In this document: positions 36,871-38,860 of the stretch, piece after piece
Layout of the letters: every line of letters begins with the position of its first letter
How positions within the stretch are numbered: position 1 is the first letter of the stretch
Assembly (NCBI GenBank): GCA_009839835.1
Contig: VXOY01000032.1
Coordinates: 1-38,860, forward strand
DNA length: 38,860 bases
DNA from: Candidatus Spechtbacteria bacterium SB0662_bin_43
GTDB lineage: Bacteria; Patescibacteriota; Minisyncoccia; Spechtbacterales; 2-12-FULL-38-22
Reading direction: 5' to 3'
The notes under the pieces: model-generated
Database searches by the model: none
What the model saw: the letters and a program-made list of their open reading frames with translations, nothing else
Told to the model about the DNA's origin: nothing
Translations under genes and position numbers: made by a program

Positions 36871-36881
36871 TATGTTAATAC
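36851..36881 (-). other. putative tyrosine-recombinase crossover site B (dif-like), overlapping the pilin B start codon
   Basis: The + strand reads GTAAAACCATAA-TTGTTCA-TTATGTTAATAC. The arms are 9/12 palindromic, and the right arm matches the XerD arm of E. coli dif (TTATGTTAAAT) at 9 consecutive bases. Confidence 0.7.
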
Positions 36882-36930
36882 CCTCTTTTCTTTTTGTTTT
36901 TATCAATATGCTTGATATCATAACAGTATA
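36880..36930 (-). repeat. 51-bp pilin promoter/leader, left copy of an exact inverted repeat
   Basis: Its reverse complement is identical to 38806-38856. Confidence 0.9.
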
Positions 36931-37005
36931 TAATATAAATAATAATTAGATACTCCAATTATACCACACCGACAATAGAGGGTTATACACAAGGGGTGTC
37001 TTTTT

Positions 37006-37926
37006 TTAATTCATAACTTTTGCGACAATATTTTCTATGTCTTGTTGCCCATAATGAAGATATATTTGCGTGGTTACAATGCTTTTATGTCGCATGATTT
37101 CTTTTACAGCATACAGGTTTTGATTATGACGTAGGTATTTTGTTGCTGTATAGTGTCGCAAGGTATGGGGTGAAATAGGATATTGTACATCAGCTCGTAT
37201 GCCAGCCTTTTTAACCATATTATAAATTGCTGTACGACTCATTCTGTTCCACTTCATTGTTTTGGTGTTTTTTGATAAAAAAAGAGCTCTATTTTTTTCT
37301 GTACAACGATGAAGGTATTCTCGTATATGGTTATACGTATGCATCGTGAGAAATACAGTTTCGTTTTTACCTCCTTTACCTCGCACTGTTATGCGTGAAA
37401 CCCTCTTCAGTAACGCCTCTTGGGGTATATCCTCTCTATTGAGGGAACATAACTCGCTGACACGCAGTCCACTGGTTGCAAGAAATGATACAATAGCCCT
37501 ATCACGTAATCCTTCTATGGTAGAGGTATCAAAACTGTTGAGGATATTTTTTATCTCCCTATCGCTGAGAATAACTCTTTTGTGTGTCGTATGCTTTACG
37601 GACTCAAGTAACGCAATACGAATGTTGGCGTATTCCTGTTTGTTCAACCAAGATGCAAAACACTTATATATAGTCATAAAATAACGTATAGATGACATTG
37701 ATAATCCTTGTATTCTCATTTTTCCTATACAACTATTGATGCAATGATGATCTAAGTCTTCAATATATTCTACTTGAATATATTCTGTAAAACGGTTCAT
37801 AGCGTGTGTGTACATCAAAACACTGTTTTGCGACAATCCTCGGTCCTCACAGGAAATAAGGTACTCTTTGATGTAGTGGTTTATATGCGTTTCTCTTCTA
37901 CTCTTTGTTGTTGATTGATTTTTCAT
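37006..37926 (-). CDS. Xer-like tyrosine recombinase
   Basis: 306 aa with catalytic R (SGLRVSEL), K (GKGGK), HxLR (HTLRH), H (MRHKS) and Y (TTQIY). N-terminal SAM-like core-binding domain. Confidence 0.93.
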   Translation of the reverse strand: MKNQSTTKSRRETHINHYIKEYLISCEDRGLSQNSVLMYTHAMNRFTEYIQVEYIEDLDHHCINSCIGKMRIQGLSMSSIRYFMTIYKCFASWLNKQEYANIRIALLESVKHTTHKRVILSDREIKNILNSFDTSTIEGLRDRAIVSFLATSGLRVSELCSLNREDIPQEALLKRVSRITVRGKGGKNETVFLTMHTYNHIREYLHRCTEKNRALFLSKNTKTMKWNRMSRTAIYNMVKKAGIRADVQYPISPHTLRHYTATKYLRHNQNLYAVKEIMRHKSIVTTQIYLHYGQQDIENIVAKVMN

Positions 37927-38000
37927 ACTATAGTGATAATTGATACGATATTTTCATAGAGTAGATTACTATTTCGGTCAAGAAATTCGTTGCTCAAAGA

Positions 38001-38024
38001 AAAAATGCTCATCACAGCATTTTT
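38001..38024 (-). terminator. hairpin/terminator between the NYN gene and the recombinase
   Basis: AAAAATGCT/AGCATTTTT stem with T-rich flanks. Confidence 0.5.
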
Positions 38025-38027
38025 GTT

Positions 38028-38082
38028 AAGGAGTGTAAGGGTGTTAGTACCTAAGCTACTCTTTTCTTTTTTTAGTTTAAAC
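38028..38082 (+). repeat. diverged second copy of the NYN-adjacent structured element
   Basis: GGTGTTAGTACCTAAGCTACTCTTTTCTTTTTTTAGTTTAAAC versus GGTGTTGGTGCCTAAGCTACCCCTTTCTTTTTTTTTAATTTAAAC (38193-38237). Confidence 0.8.
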
Positions 38083-38133
38083 ACCCTACAGTATGTATTT
38101 CGTGAAATAAAAACAGTGTGTGGATAATGCTTA

Positions 38134-38162
38134 TTGACAAAAAAATGGTGGGGATTTATAAT
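38134..38162 (+). promoter_or_regulatory. perfect consensus sigma70 promoter
   Basis: TTGACA-17 nt-TATAAT, pointing at the 3' end of the NYN gene with no ORF downstream. Confidence 0.85.
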
Positions 38163-38168
38163 GGAGAT

Positions 38169-38228
38169 GTAACCACGAAGGGGGGCGCGAACGGTGTTGG
38201 TGCCTAAGCTACCCCTTTCTTTTTTTTT
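38169..38228 (+). ncRNA. putative ~60-nt structured small RNA, convergent with the NYN gene
   Basis: Consensus promoter, stems AAGGGG/CCCCTT and GGCGC/GTGCC, a terminal U tract, and a second covarying copy nearby. Confidence 0.6.
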
Positions 38229-38712
38229 AATTTAAACGTTCGATTTTATGTTTTATAGTCGAGAGATGCATTGCGTACCTGTCTCCAATGCTTTTGTATA
38301 ATGAAGATTTGTTTTTATTAGGGAATAGTATTTTTCCGAATTTATTTTCATCAATAAGAAAATTTACCAATTTATAATAATCACCATCTCCTGAAACAAT
38401 AAAAATCTTTTCAATATCGCTTCGTTTTAGTAAGGCTTTCATAACAGAAAATACAAGATCAACATCAATGTTTCCCTTTTTAGGAGACAGCATTTTTTCA
38501 TTATGATCCTTGAATTGAAGAATATACCCAATTTGTTGTAGTGTGTTATATAAATCTGTTTTTCCCGCTTTTACATACCCAAAAAAGCAATACACCTCTT
38601 CAATATTGTATTTATCCCGTAAATAAATACGAAATTTTTTATAATCTACTCTCCACCCATATTTTTGGGTTCCATAGTATAAGTTTTGTTCATCTATAAA
38701 TGCGATATTCAT
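38227..38712 (-). CDS. NYN domain protein (LabA/DUF88, PIN-like RNase fold)
   Basis: Acidic active-site motifs AFIDEQNL, KGNIDVDL, IVSGDGDY. Confidence 0.9.
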   Translation of the reverse strand: MNIAFIDEQNLYYGTQKYGWRVDYKKFRIYLRDKYNIEEVYCFFGYVKAGKTDLYNTLQQIGYILQFKDHNEKMLSPKKGNIDVDLVFSVMKALLKRSDIEKIFIVSGDGDYYKLVNFLIDENKFGKILFPNKNKSSLYKSIGDRYAMHLSTIKHKIERLN

Positions 38713-38805
38713 AGGTTTTGTTGCTTAGATATATATCTTATTATTATACAGCATTTATGCTTGTTTTTCTATTTTTAGAATACATAGAATAATCGTAACT
38801 CATTG

Positions 38806-38860
38806 TATACTGTTATGATATCAAGCATATTGATAAAAACAAAAAGAAAAGAGGGTTTTA
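38806..38860 (+). repeat. right copy of the pilin promoter/leader repeat; runs off the window edge
   Basis: 54 of 55 nt match the reverse complement of 36876-36930, and the first 51 are identical. Confidence 0.9.

Noticed and set aside
36851-36881. The chromosomal dif site served by FtsK/Xer
   Set aside because: The core is 7 bp, the site occurs at least twice in inverted orientation, and it sits in pilin start codons. It is not fully excluded without a GC-skew analysis.
38040-38237. CRISPR mini-array
   Set aside because: Only two degenerate copies, separated by about 110 nt containing a promoter, and no cas genes.
37006-38712. Integron (integrase plus NYN cassette with attC)
   Set aside because: The recombinase lacks the IntI-specific insertion, and the repeats lack convincing RYYYAAC/GTTRRRY ends.
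1-38860. Alternative genetic code (TGA = Gly)
   Set aside because: Conserved genes are uninterrupted in code 11, and pgk, tpiA and ftsK end at TGA.

Overview
Chromosomal segment of a small-genome bacterium using genetic code 11. Gene content and layout suggest Patescibacteria/Parcubacteria (inference). The core block (about 2-34.4 kb) carries metG, glyQS, ileS, argS, recO, smpB-tmRNA-infC-rpmI-rplT, pgk, tpiA, dedA, a rodZ-like gene, ftsK and rpoBC. AT-rich accessory DNA lies at both ends, and a Panacea-type toxin-antitoxin pair sits in the middle. The most striking feature is at the right end. Two convergent type IV pilin genes each have their start codon embedded in a 31-bp dif-like site (12-bp arms, identical 7-bp core), the sites are in inverted orientation, and a Xer-like tyrosine recombinase gene lies next to them. 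A 51-bp exact inverted copy of the pilin promoter/leader at the window edge points to a third pilin/site. This is a candidate pilin-switching inversion (shufflon-like) system. The same region has a NYN RNase gene facing a consensus-promoter-driven structured small RNA present in two covarying copies, an unannotated 20-aa hydrophobic peptide gene, and a G-free 144-nt pyrimidine tract just upstream of the rpoB promoter. IleRS carries a GLHH signature and an inserted histidine-phosphatase domain. A family of intergenic inverted-repeat elements recurs across the core block. All calls are by eye; no database searches were run.
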